DNA of 64,000 nucleotides from positions 62,001-126,000 of the forward strand of contig JAHDYR010000007.1 of assembly GCA_019828565.1 (NCBI GenBank), given 5' to 3'. Numbering within the stretch: position 1 is the first letter of the stretch; every line of letters starts with the position of its first letter. The notes under the pieces are model-generated. The model made no database searches. It saw nothing but the letters and a program-made list of their open reading frames with translations, and was not told where the DNA came from. The position numbers and the translations under genes are program-made. Positions 11,942 through 25,100 of this stretch are shown piece after piece. This DNA comes from Carpediemonas membranifera BICM (taxonomy: Eukaryota; Protista; Fornicata).

Positions 11942-12529
11942 CACCCAAAGCCGGATTTTAAACTTTTCATTTCTGCAATACCTCGGGCCGTCTTATGCTG
12001 AGTTATTATACTGCAACATTGCCAGATACTTACAGATTGCACTCACATGCATCTATCGATGACCAGAGGGAGGGACGGCTCGCCGCTGTGTGCTGCTTGC
12101 TGATATTCGAAGAATGATGTGTTGCACGATTTTTTTTTGCAATGTAAAGAATTTTCCATGAAAAAAAGGTTTGATGAAAGACATCTTATCGAAAAAGCTG
12201 CTCCCGATGCCATGAGAACCTTTTAACCACAAAATGGTTGTCGCCAATCGATTGCTATACTATGCGTCGCCTAGGAAGCTTCCTGACTGTTTTACCGTTG
12301 GGTAGTGCTCAAAGCGGCGCAATAACTCTATATAACAACATCAAACACTCCCAGAGCACCAGAATGTTTCGCTGTAGACGCCTCTCTGTTTGTTGCTTTG
12401 AGATTTCGATTCTGTCCCATTGCCTTCTTCCCATCCGAAGCAGAACATGCGCAGAATGACCGAGTGCCCTTAATTGGCCTCAAGATTGTGTTTATAAAGT
12501 ATATTTGGGCTAAAAACCCCACCGTGGGA

Positions 12530-13901
12530 TCAGAGCGGGTTGATCTCGACCATCTTTGAATCCATCATCCCGGCATACAGGTCCGGGAGGTCGTCAATGC
12601 TGAACTGCACCTGCGAGCGCTTCGTCTTGCGGCCAAGGACAGTAGCTACAGCAAGGAGAATGATTCCATGCGAGCGCGGTAGCTGCTGCTCGGCCTGCAA
12701 GACCTTCAACAAGGAGAAGTATCCACCAGACGTTGTGAATCTACCTATAGTCTCACTGAGTGACAGCGCGACCTCGTCTAACGACGGTGTAAACAGCTCA
12801 TCGACAAAATCCTCTGACACATCCGAGATTCTGGCTCGATCCAAGCTGATCAGGATGGGAAGAACGACTTCGTTGGAGTGGTTGATACAAAGGGTGCTAG
12901 TGTTGTCAAGGAAGGTAGTCCTGATGTGAACTAGAAACTTGAACGCGCTGTTCTTGTCGTATGCCGCGAGTAGCCGCAAGTGCCGGATGGCGTAAATGTA
13001 CAGTACGTTCTCTGATGCATATTCTTTTTCTAAGAACTTCAGGAAGGCCATTGATCCGGACTTGGTGCTGAGAACTTCAGCGAGAGTCCGTGGATAGCTT
13101 CGTACAGGTATGAACAGCAGCAATGCTGTGTTAATAAAGGGTATGCAGGATGCTATGACCACCTTCGCTAGGTAAGCCCAGTACAGCTTGTCACCGGACA
13201 GGTTGTTAAACGGCCAGGCTACCAGCGTGATGATACGCGTGTAAATGACCGAAAGATGAAGCATCTCAGCTGATACACCCGGGTTTCCGATGATATGGGC
13301 TAGTAAGAGCAGGCCAGACCATATAAACAGGAAGTAGACTCTACCGTATGTCAGATACGACGCGATGTACTCGTTCGTAACGATATCGACAGCGCCGATC
13401 TTCTCCCAAGGCCAGTGGACGGCGGTGGGTGTAAAGAAAATCAGCAAGCAGGATAGGTTGACAACGACGAACACTATACCCACGAACAAGAAGGGGGAGA
13501 GGAAGTCACCGCCGGGAACCTTCATTCCGAGGCGATTGAGCATGATGTTCATGAGATTGTAGAAGAAGGGGCAGAACGGGGCAGCAATGGAGAGCTGGGT
13601 GCCTACTAGGGTTATATAGTAGAAGAACGCATAGTAGAGCTGCATATCATCTGGGTCAAGGACATTGGCTTGAACAATATCGACAACGGAAAAGACGAAG
13701 TCAATCGCAAAGAAGGAGCAGGAAATGATGTGCGCCTGTGTGATACTAGCGATATATAATACAAACAATCATCATTGGGGTCCGAATACGCTTCAGGAAG
13801 ATGAGAGGAAGCGTTACCGCGAAAAAGATGGTGCAGAGGCCACTGATTATAGAATAAAGATACGTACTACACCACTCTACAAGTGCTTGTACAGTGGACA
13901 T
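12530..13901 (-). CDS. 7TM-RGS protein (2 exons; intron 13736-13766)
   Basis: A 31-nt GTTTGT...TCACACAG intron adds exon MSTVQALVEW...PMMI, giving 7 hydrophobic helices. These precede an RGS domain (AFLKFLEKEYASENVLY...IRTTFLDNTSTLCINHS...ETIGRF). Confidence 0.8.
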
Positions 13902-14238
13902 CGTATCGGAATGCTGAAATGAAGAAGAAGAACGAGAAACGCGAGGTCTCGTGGAGTGCAGAAAATGAAAGCATCAATATCCCAGCCGCTTGAAACAGAT
14001 TCGGCATATCGACCCCTATTCATTGCCGGATTGAATGACTCACGCAGGGGATCGTAGTATAATCGCCATCAGCGTCTTTTCAGAGGGAGGAAACATACAC
14101 TTTCCACTCTTGACGACGACTTCACACGGCACGTTCTCCAAGGAGGACAGACTCGCATGACGGCACTACTTGTCATTCAATATTCCGCAGGAACCACTCA
14201 AAAACCGAGATCGAAAGCTATTCATACATTTAGAGAAA

Positions 14239-15729
14239 TTAGTGAGAGATCTGCATTCTGATTGACTGGGTGAGGCTCTTCATCCGCTCCAACTGGACGC
14301 TGAGCTCCTTCCGCTCGACGCTGAGCTCCCTGATCTGGGCTTTGACTGACCCTACTTCGTCCCGCTGGCGAACAACCTTCGTATCCCGCTCACGAACCAG
14401 AGATTTGATGGTTTCATTCAGCTCAGCCAGCTCGCGCTCCTTTGCAGCGAGAGTCTCAGCGGGACACTCGCTAGGCTGCCCGAGAGATGCAAGTCTCTGC
14501 TCAAGCACCCGCTGGTGCTCGGTCCGCTGGGCAAGCTCGTACTCGGTGGAGTTGGCGAGGACAGTCTGATCATGTATGATCTGCCCCCGACGGGCCTGTT
14601 CCCTGTCAATGGCCCGCTGGGTATCCTCGATTGTTTCACGGACTGCCGCGAGTTCGCTCTCGAGGGCACGCTGTTCGTCACGTGCTTGTTCCAGCCTCTC
14701 CTCGGCCTCCTTGAGCTCCTGGCCAAGTGGCCCGCTGTTGTGGACTGCTGCAACCCGTCTCTTGTCGTCTGCCTCGTTCAACTGCGACTCCAAGTCCGTC
14801 AGGGTGCGGCGGAGTTCACGGGTGTTGGCCTCTTCCTCACGGCGTCTCTGTTCGAGCTCGGCGGCCGTGTTGGTCAGGTTGTCGATCTCCTCAGAGATTG
14901 ACTGAACCTCACTGTTGGTGCCCGAAACTGTCTCGGCCATGGTGTTACGCTGAACGCTGACCTCGCTGGCGGTGGTCTTGGCGTGCATGGCAAGCTTCTG
15001 GGACGCCTGAACGAGGACTGCGAGCCTTGCCCCCGAGTCGGTGGCTGATGCCTTCACAGCGTGGACCTGGAGCCGCATACGATCCATGTACTCACCGAAC
15101 CGCGTGGCAAGAGCGTCCACTGACTTCTGCTTGTCCTCAGCGGCCTGCTTCTTGCTATCGAGCTTGGCGTTGAGCTCGCCGACAGTCTGCTGGGTCGAGT
15201 TGCGGACTTCAGCAAGACGGTGCTCCTCCTCGCGGACACGAGCCGTGATAGCATCCCGCTCAAGGTTGATTGTCTCTTCTTCGCGCTTCATACTGTCATT
15301 CTCTTTCTTCAGTGCGTCGCGGAGAGAGTCCATACGACGATGGGCATTGGCATGACGCTGGGAGGCCCTGTCAAGAGCATCCTCATGCTCCTGTTGGATA
15401 GAAAGCTTCGTAGACCGCAGGCTCTCCGCGTTGAGGCTGAAGCTACTCTCAATATCGTTCACGCGGTCCTTCGCGCGACGAATGGAGGCCTTGAGGTCGT
15501 CGGCCTCCCAACGGGCACGCTCGAGGGTAGTTTTCTTCTGTTGGTACTCGTTAGAGAGCTCGGTGTACATGCGTTTGTACCTCCGCCGCTCTTCTTCGGC
15601 CGTCTGTCGGGTTCTACGTGCTGAATGCACCATCTGCTTCATACGTTGCAGCCGGTTGTTCGCTGATTCAAGATGCTGAAGGAGCTCCTTGCTTTGCTCC
15701 ATTTCATCGTCCATCATGGCGTAGGGCAT
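14239..15729 (-). CDS. Coiled-coil protein, function unknown
   Basis: 496-aa ORF, E/R/Q/A-rich heptads throughout. Confidence 0.8.
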   Translation of the reverse strand: MPYAMMDDEMEQSKELLQHLESANNRLQRMKQMVHSARRTRQTAEEERRRYKRMYTELSNEYQQKKTTLERARWEADDLKASIRRAKDRVNDIESSFSLNAESLRSTKLSIQQEHEDALDRASQRHANAHRRMDSLRDALKKENDSMKREEETINLERDAITARVREEEHRLAEVRNSTQQTVGELNAKLDSKKQAAEDKQKSVDALATRFGEYMDRMRLQVHAVKASATDSGARLAVLVQASQKLAMHAKTTASEVSVQRNTMAETVSGTNSEVQSISEEIDNLTNTAAELEQRRREEEANTRELRRTLTDLESQLNEADDKRRVAAVHNSGPLGQELKEAEERLEQARDEQRALESELAAVRETIEDTQRAIDREQARRGQIIHDQTVLANSTEYELAQRTEHQRVLEQRLASLGQPSECPAETLAAKERELAELNETIKSLVRERDTKVVRQRDEVGSVKAQIRELSVERKELSVQLERMKSLTQSIRMQISH

Positions 15730-16164
15730 TCGGTTGTTCGCTCAAGAATTTAAGGACAATTTGAGAATTTTGAGAAGATCTCACGATCTTGGATTCGTCC
15801 CTCTTGTGAAAGCAATCCGAGAGAACGTTGACATTCTTTTTCCGCCGCTGTAGGGCGACCTGAGCCTTTTCTGGATCGTATGCTGGGCTGGGTCGGTCCG
15901 CCCGGAATATGGCCAGAATAGGCTATCGGCCCACTATTTTTCACACTTATCAGTCCAGCTGTGCTTCTTTAGTCATCTTTCTCTGCATCTTTCGTCTCTG
16001 CGTCCACTACTAACCATCAGCCTGCCAAGCCCCGGTCTTTTCCGCCAGCGATGGGAAAAGTATGTATGATTGACGTGGGGGGTGCGTATAAGGATTTCTG
16101 GATTTATGGCGCTGGAATATATATCGTAAATGAAAATTCCACCACCGCAAGAGAATCAATTGCC

Positions 16165-19100
16165 ATGTCCGACCGGAATCCTGCCCATAAATGGGTGTTT
16201 TCCCGGATCGCACTTGCTTTGAATCGAGAGCCATCACAAGTGGCTGCCGATGCAAGGAAGAATGACTTGATTAGCAAGAAGATGAAGGATTTCTTCGACA
16301 ATCCAAGTCTGGAGTCCCTTGTGTTCTACTACACCAACGAGGACAAGCGCCTCGAGATCTCTGACCTTTCTGACAACGACACGAAGCTCACCGGGTTCTG
16401 CATGTATTTCCTCAAGATCAGCAACAATCCCCGCGCGCTCACAACCGCAACGCTTGACAGCGACGTCTATTTCGGCACTCTTCCACCCGTGGTAACCTCT
16501 GAGGGTCGCGACGGCACCATCCTGGCCGCGTTCCAGACCATGCTGGATAACGTGTTCATGCCTTTCGTGAAGACTGCTGACTCGCCACAGACCGCCGATT
16601 TCCTCATCGCCATGAGAAAGTGTATCACTGCCATCGGCGAGGCCAACGACGCCATCAGCGACCGTCTCGAACTCGTGACCGACGCCCATCGTGCCTTTAT
16701 TGCCGAGAAGGTCGACGACAAGAACCGCGACGCCCATATCCAGAAGGGCATGGAGATCCTGGAGTTCTGGACCCGCTCGTTGCACACCTTCATCCGGGAG
16801 AGCAACGAGATCCGCCAGGAAGACGACACGGTTGGTCCCCAGGCTGAGTTGGAATACTGGAGAGCTCGCATGGCCCGGTTTAACCATATCACGGACCAGC
16901 TGACCACCAGCGGCGCCTCCAAGACCCACCCGACGAGCGTCATCAAGGCAGTCGAGGGTCTCGTGAACAAGGAGATCCCCCGGCTCGCCAAGAACGCGGA
17001 GAAGGACCCGCGTCTTACAACGATGAAGCAGGTGATACAGAACTGGACTCAGGTCAAGGCCCAGGCCCACGCCCACGCCAACGAGGCCAGCGACACTGTG
17101 AAGTATCTGTACACGCTGGAGAGGATCCTCGAGCCGCTCTACCGGAGCGACCCCGTCCAGATGCTTGAGGCGATTCCTCCTCTAATGTCGGCTATTCAGA
17201 TGATGCACTCCATTGCCCGCTACTACTCCAAGCCTGAGCACATGACGGGCCTCTTCGTCAAGATTACCAATCAGATGATTGTCTTCTCCCGTCTCTACCT
17301 GCGCGCCACCCCCAAGCGCCACGGCACGGAGCCCGGATCGACCAGTCTGTGGGACTCTGACTACGAGCTCCTGATGAGTCGGTTCCAGGATTGTGTCGCC
17401 CTCAACCAGGTTTACCAGGAGCAGTACCGCCTCACCAAGGCCAAACTCGACGCTCAGCCCATGAGTCGGAAGTTTGACTTCAGCGAGAGTCAGATGTTTG
17501 GTAACTTCGACCTCTTCTGTAACCGCATCGACCAGCTGAGGTCCGTGATCACCACCATCCATCAGTTCACAACGCTGCAGAGGTGCACTGTGGCGGGCAT
17601 GGGCAAGATCTACCTGGACTTCGAGAAGCTCGTCGTTTCGTTCCAGCGGAAGAGCTATGACGTCCTCGATCACCGCTGCCTGCAGTTTAACACTGATTAT
17701 GCCCAGTTCACCTCGGACATCGAGCGGCTGGAGGACATCCTGAGGGGCTTCATCGATGACACCTTCGCAGAATCGGGTATGAGTCAGGCCAGCACCGACC
17801 ACGCCATATCCATCCTGAAGCAGTTCCAGGGTGTTCTTCAACGGAAATCCCTCTCCGACGAGCTCGTCAGCAAGGTTCTCCTCGTGTTCAACTGGTACGG
17901 CAAGGAGCTCGAGGCCATCCGGGCGCAGTACGAGAGCAGCAACATGGACCCACCCATCGCCCGAGATCTGCCGCCCGTGTCCGGAGCCATAGCATGGTGT
18001 AAGAACCTGCTGAGCCAGGCGGAGGAGCCCATGGAGTGGTTTAGACAGCAGGACATCATGGACCACCCCGATCCGGCCATCAAGGACAACGTTGCCCGCA
18101 TCGTGCAGGATTATAACGTACTCGTCGCCGTGTTTAGGAAGTACTGCATGGCCTACCACATGGCATGGGGCGAGCAGACGAGAACAGACGGGCTGGACAA
18201 ACATCTCCTCGCCAGAGACGATGACGATAACCTCTACGTCAACTTCGACAGGGATCTCATTGTCACATGCCGCGAGGCCGCCTGGATGGAGTCCCACGGC
18301 TTCACTGAGATCCCCGACAACATCAGGGCCATCACCCGTAACGAGCTCAAGCTCACCGAGCAGAACGACCAGTTGGTCTCCCTCATCGAGGACGTCCAGG
18401 CTGTGACCAACGCCATCCCCCCTGAGTGCGCCGGCCTCATGCAGCGCTACCGCGACATGCTGGATGACGCCATTCTGCCCGGTGTCACGACGTACACCTG
18501 GTCCTCACTTCAGATCGGTGCTTTCATCGCCAAGGTTCGTGGCATGCTGGACGAGGTACAGACAGTCGCCTCGAAGATCACGGACATCCTCAACACCCGA
18601 GTCCGTCATAACCTCGGCATCATCGCCCACACCAGCACTGTGCTGCTCCCCAGAGACGGCCAGGTCTACTCAGTCGACGAGTACGTCGCCGAGCAGATTA
18701 AGCACGCCAGGGCCGCCGCTGTGTCCATCGAGTCGCACTCGCAGCTGGCCGAGGAGGCCGTCAACGACATCCTCTCCCTCGTAGGGGGTAAGGTAGACTC
18801 CCACGCCGCCGATGCTTTCTTCAACCAGTGCCACGACGACACTTACGTTGCTATATACACAGCTACGTACCACTCTCTCCGGTTCCTGCTAGCACGACTG
18901 CCCGCCATCACCACGGAGGAGATCGACCCGACCAGCGCCCAACCCCTCTTCTCGGTCAGCCTCGAGCTCCGTATCCCTCAGTATGCATACAGTCCCAGTC
19001 TGAACGACGTCGGTACTGCCCTGACTGAGATCGTCCAGAGCGCGATTGGGGCGACCAAGCGTGTCTACCGTTGGTCTCAAGCCCGCCCCCCGCCCACATC

Positions 19101-22100
19101 CACAGAGGTGCCCGAGGGCCTCGAGAGCTTCTTCACCCAAATCTCCCAGTCGCCCACGATCACGAAGCAGTGCCTTGTAGCCACTGGAAGGTTCGCACGC
19201 CTCAAGACCCTCGCCGACACCGAGGCAGCATCCTACAAGGTCCACAACCACCTCTGGAAGGACAACAAGAACGACGTGTACAAGGCATTCCTCGACACTT
19301 CACCGACAGTCGACCAGTTCGGGGAGAGAATCGCTCACTACAGCGCCCTCCAGTCACAACTAGAGGCCAAGCCCGACGTCTCGCCCTTTTCGGTGCTCAG
19401 CATCAACATCGAGCCCCTCAAGCTGACCCTGTTAAACGAGGTCGCCAACTGGAAGAAGACGTTTGCCACCAACCTCAACGAACGTGCCCGCGCGGACCTG
19501 CTTGGCCTGGCATCCTACATGTCCGACATCGAGACCTCCCTCTCGCGCACAGTGAAGGATCTGGACGACGTCAGGGCCGTCATGGACTCCCTAGGCTCCC
19601 TCAGAGAGATCGAGGCGGAGATCGACCACCGCATTGTCCCACTCGAGGAGATGTACGCCATGCTCAGTGTCAACGGCGTCCACGTCTCCACTGAGGAGAC
19701 CGAGGCCTTCGACCAGCTTCGGTATCGCTGGTCCCAACTTACCACACTGGGTCAAAAGCAGTCGGATCACATCTCTGACCTGCAGCCGGTGTACAAGAAG
19801 GAGCTCACTGCCTCTGTCACCCAGTTCACCGCTGATGTCTCCATCCTCAAGGCCGACTACGACGAAAGAGGGCCCATGGTCCCTGGTCTCTCCCCTCGTG
19901 TTGCTGCAGATCGCCTCAAGGAGTTCCAGGCCATCTTTGACGAGAAGGAGAGGCTCTGGCTCGGCTACACAGCCGGCGAGGAGCTCTTCGGCCTGCCTCA
20001 GACGGACTTCCCCGAGCTGGTCCAGATGAAGAAGGAGCTCAAGCTTCTCAACGCCCTCTACTCGCTCTACTCTGACGTCCTCTCTACAGTTAGTGGGTAT
20101 GCCGACGTTTTGTGGCTTGAACTCAACATCGAGTCGATCTCCAATCAGATGGGCGATTTCCAGACCAGGTGTAGGCGTCTCCCCAAGGGCATGCGCGATT
20201 GGGATGCATTCCTCGAGCTTAAGAAGGTCATTGACGACTTCTCTGAGACACTGCCTCTCATCCAGATGCTCGCCAACCCCGCCATGCGGCCCCGGCACTG
20301 GAACCAGCTTGGCGAGCTGTGTAACACGAAGTTTGACGTCGACGGCGACCAGTTTAAGCTCCATGACCTCACCGACGCTCCTCTTCTCGAGAACAAGGAT
20401 GAGGTTGAGGACATCTGCAACGCCGCCGTGAAGGAGACCGATATCGAGGCCAAGCTCAAGGCCGTCGAGGCCGACTGGGTCGACCAGGAGTTCGTCTTCG
20501 CGACGTTCAAGACCAGAGGCGAGCTGACCCTCGCACCGGCCGAGACGTCAGAGTTGATCACCTTGCTAGAGGACACCCAGATGCTCCTCGGAGCACTGGT
20601 CTCCAATAGGTACAACGCGCCGTTCAAGAAGGACATCATGCTGTGGGTTGCCCGGTTATCGACGGCCTCTGAGGTGATCGAGCAGTGGCTTCAGGTCCAG
20701 GCCCTCTGGATTTACCTCGAAGCTGTCTTCTCAGGCGGAGACATTGCCAGACAGCTCCCACTCGAGGCCAAGAGGTTTGCTACCATCGACAAGACCTGGG
20801 TGAAAATCATGCAGACCGCCCAAGCCAACCCTAACGTCGTCAACGTCTGCTATGCCGACGACACCCTCCGCAACCTGCTCCCCCATCTCTCCGAACAGCT
20901 TGAACTCTGCCAGAAGTCACTCTCTGGATACCTCGAGACGAAGAGGAATCTCTATCCCCGCTTCTACTTCGTCTCCGACCCCGTTCTCCTCGAGATCCTC
21001 GGCCAACAGTCCGACCCCCACTCAATCCAAGCTCACATCCAGAGTTTGTTCGACTCGGTCTTCAGAGTCACTTTCGACAAGGTCAAGCGCACTCTCATCA
21101 CCGGCCTCGTATCACCACAAGGCGAGGAGCTTCCCCTCTCTGCTCCAGTCGAGGGCGTCGGCAACATCGAGGATTGGCTCAATGAACTCGTCGCCAGCAT
21201 GCAAACGACGGTGCACGACGTCATCCGTGAGGCTGCCGTGCAGGTCCATGCTATGCCCCTAGAGGACTTCATCAACGCATTCCCCGCGCAGGTGTCTCTC
21301 CTTGGCATCCAGTTGCTGTGGACCCACATTTGTGACACGGCCCTCGCAAACTCCAAGAGCGACAAGAACGCGATGACGAACGCCAGTAAGCAGAACGCCA
21401 CTCTGCTCGGCGAGCTCGTCCGGATGACGATGAACGAGATGAGCAAGCGTGCCCGTACTGGCCTCGAGACTCTCATCACCATCCAGGTCCACCAGAAGGA
21501 CATCACCGACGACCTCCTCAAGCGCCGCATCCGCTCCCCCGCGGACTTTGAGTGGCTCAAGCAGACCCGCTTCTACTACCGCACGGAGTCCGACGAGTGC
21601 ATTATTTCCATCACCGATATCGACTTCGATTACGCATATGAGTATCTCGGGGTGGCCGAGCGTCTCGTCATTACACCCCTGACCGACAGATGCTACATCA
21701 CACTCGCCCAGGCCCTAGGCATGTACCTGGGCGGCGCTCCCGCTGGTCCTGCCGGTACCGGCAAAACAGAGACCGTCAAGGGTTTGTATTCTATTTATTT
21801 TTATTTTTCACACAGATATGGGTAGATCTCTGGGCACCTATGTTGTCGTATTTAATTGCTCCGATCAGATGGACTATCGCGGACTTGGCAAGATCTTCCG
21901 TGGTCTCGCCCAGTGTGGTTGCTTCGGTTGCGTTTGTACCCTAATCATTTGATTATCCAGTTCGATGAGTTCAACCGAATTGAACTTGAAGTGCTCTCTG
22001 TTGCTGCTCAGCAGGTCGGCTGCATCCTCGCCGCGCTGAAGGAGCACAAGAAGGAGTTCGTCTTTACCGATGGTCAGACAGTCCCGCTGCTCACCACATG

Positions 22101-25100
22101 CGGTTCGTACCCACCCCATCCTCGCTCATACAGGCTACTTCATCACCATGAATCCCGGTTACGCCGGCCGCCAGGAGCTGCCTGAGAACCTCAAGGCCCT
22201 CTTCCGTTCCGTCTCGATGATGGTGTTTGTATTTATCCTCATCTTTGGATCGCTAATGTCTCATGTATCATCTTAGCGTCTCAATAGATGAGTATCAGAC
22301 CAGCTAACACAGTCCAGATCGCGAGATTATCATGCGAGTCAAGCTCGCCTCGGCCGGTTTCTCCAAGCAGGTGGAGCTCGCCAAGAAGTTCTACATCCTC
22401 TACCGACTATGCGAGGAGCAGCTCAGCGGTCAGCGCCACTACGATTTCGGCCTTAGGAACATCCTCTCTGTCCTTAGGTCGTGTGGCACCCGCCGCCGCA
22501 CCTATCCCGATCAGAGTGAGGATCAGATCCTCATGCAGGTGCTCAGAGATATGAACCTGTCCAAGCTGGTCGACGAGGACGTCCAACTCTTCCTCAGTCT
22601 CATCTCTGATCTCTTCCCCGGGCAGAATGTCAGGACTGAGGCATATCCTGAGCTCGAGGCCGCCATCCAAAAAGTGGTGGAGAACCTCAACATCATCAAC
22701 CACGATGACTGGCGGCTCAGAGTCATCCAGCTGTATGAAACTGCCCTGGTTCGACACGGCATCATGGTCCTCGGCCCCTCTGGTGCTGGAAAGAGTGCGA
22801 ACATCAACACCCTGGCCGGCGCCCTCACTGAGTGTGGGGACAAGCACGTCATCGTCCGCATGAACCCCAAGGCTATCACTGCCTCCCAGATGTTCGGTAA
22901 GCTCGACGCCGCCACCAATGACTGGACCGACGGGATCTTTGCTGCCCTGTGGCGGAAGGCCACCCGTCGCAGCAAGGAGAACACATGGCTCGTGCTCGAC
23001 GGCCCTGTCGACGCTGTATGGATCGAGAACCTCAACACCGTGCTCGACGACAACAAGACGCTGACCTTGGCCAATAGTGATCGGATCCCCATGACGCCCC
23101 TGATGAAGCTCATCTTCGAGGTTGACTCCCTCGCCAACGCATCCCCCGCTACCGTCTCCCGTAACGGTATGGTCTACATGTCTGATAAGGCCCTCGGCTG
23201 GAAGCCCCTCTTTGAGGCCTGGGTCGCGTCCAGGTCGCGGCAGAAGGGCACACTCGCCCCGCTGTTTGACAAGTTTATTGACGACGTTACCCTTTTCATC
23301 AGAGACCACACGACCCCCGTCATCGACATGCCATCGCTATCCCCAGGTATGTCCGTCATGGCCCTTATAGACGCCCTTGATCCCGTTCCTAAGGACAACG
23401 AGGAGCAGAAGCGCCGCGTAGAGCCCTCTGCTGACCACCTTGAGCGTATCTTCTTCTTCGCGCTCATGTGGGGTATCGCCGGCAACCTGGAGACGAAGGA
23501 CCAGGATGTCTTCCACAAGTACTTCACGACGAACCCCATATTCAAGGGATTCAAGGTCCCCAAGCCCAATAGCACCCATGCTACTGTCTACGATTACTAC
23601 GTCGATGCCGAGTCGGGTGACTGGGCCCATTGGTCGACCAAGGTACCCGAGTTCTCCTTCCCTGAGACCGGCGACGTCGACTTCCACTCCGTGGTCATCC
23701 CGACCGTCGATAACGTCAGGTCAACCTTCCTCCTCAACGCCCTGCTCGAACAGCAACAGCCTGTGCTCTTCGTGGGTGAGAGTGGCACTGCCAAGACTGT
23801 CACTGTCCTCCAGTACCTCGAGAGCAGGGATACTGACGCCTTCATGTGCAAGACCATCAACTTTTCGTCCGCCACCACGATGGGTATGGTGCAGGGTACC
23901 ATCGAATCCTACGTGGAGAAGCGGATGGGCTCCATTTATGGCCCCCCGGCCAACAAGCGCGGTCTCTTCTTCATCGACAACATCTCGGCCCCCAACATCA
24001 ACGAGTGGGGCGATACCCCGACCAACGAGATCGTCCGACAGATCATCGCAGAGAAGGGCATGTATGCCCTCGATAGGCCCGGCGACTGGCACACCCTCGC
24101 CGACATGCTCTTCATGGGCGCCCTCCCCTGCCCTGGTGGTGGCCGTAACGATCTTCCCGACCGGCTTAAGCGTCAGTTCGTCTCGTTCTCCATGGCTCTA
24201 CCCGGATCAGTCCAGATCGATCGCATCTATGGCACCATCCTCGGTGGCTTCTTCAACACCTCCCGCGGATTCTCCACCCCCGTTATTGACACTGTCAAGA
24301 AGCTCGTTGTCATGACCCGCGAAGTTTGGTCCCAAACGAAGATCAAGATGCTTCCCACCCCCGCCAAGTTCCACTACATCTTCAACCTTAGAGACCTCTC
24401 CAGAGTTTCAGAGGGCCTCCTTCTCGCCACACCCGAGGTCGTCAACACTCCTGAGATTGCCATCAACATGTGGGTCCATGAGATGACTCGTGTCATCCCG
24501 GACAAGTTCACCACCCAGGCTGACATGGCGTGGTTCGCTAAGGCACTCGAGGAGAGCGTCGAGAAGACATTTGGCTCCAAGATGGTCGGGCCCGCCACGA
24601 AGAAAACCCGTTGGGTGGACTTTATGCGTGACGCCCCCGAGATCGACGATCCCGATGAGATTCCCGAGATCCCCAAGATATACGAACCCGTCGACACCCT
24701 CGAGGAGCTCAAGGATCGGCTCAGCTTCTACCAGGAGCAGTACAACGAGGTTAACCGCCGGACACCGCTATCTCTCGTGCTGTTCGAGGCTGCGGTCGAC
24801 CATATCTGCCGTATCTCTCGTATCATCCGCCTCCCTCGCGGTAACGCCCTGCTGGTTGGTGTGGGTGGTTCCGGCAAGCAGTCCTTGACCCGCCTTGCCT
24901 CATTCGTCGCGGGTTATGAGACTTTCCAGATCACGATCACCCGTGGATACAACGCCAGCTCCCTCGAGGACGACCTCAAGCTCCTGTACCGTAAGGCTGG
25001 TGTCGAGGGCGTTGGGACGACCTTCATCTTTACCGACAACGAGATCCAGGAGGAGGGCTTCTTGGAGTACATCAACAACTTCCTGATGAGTGGCGAGATC

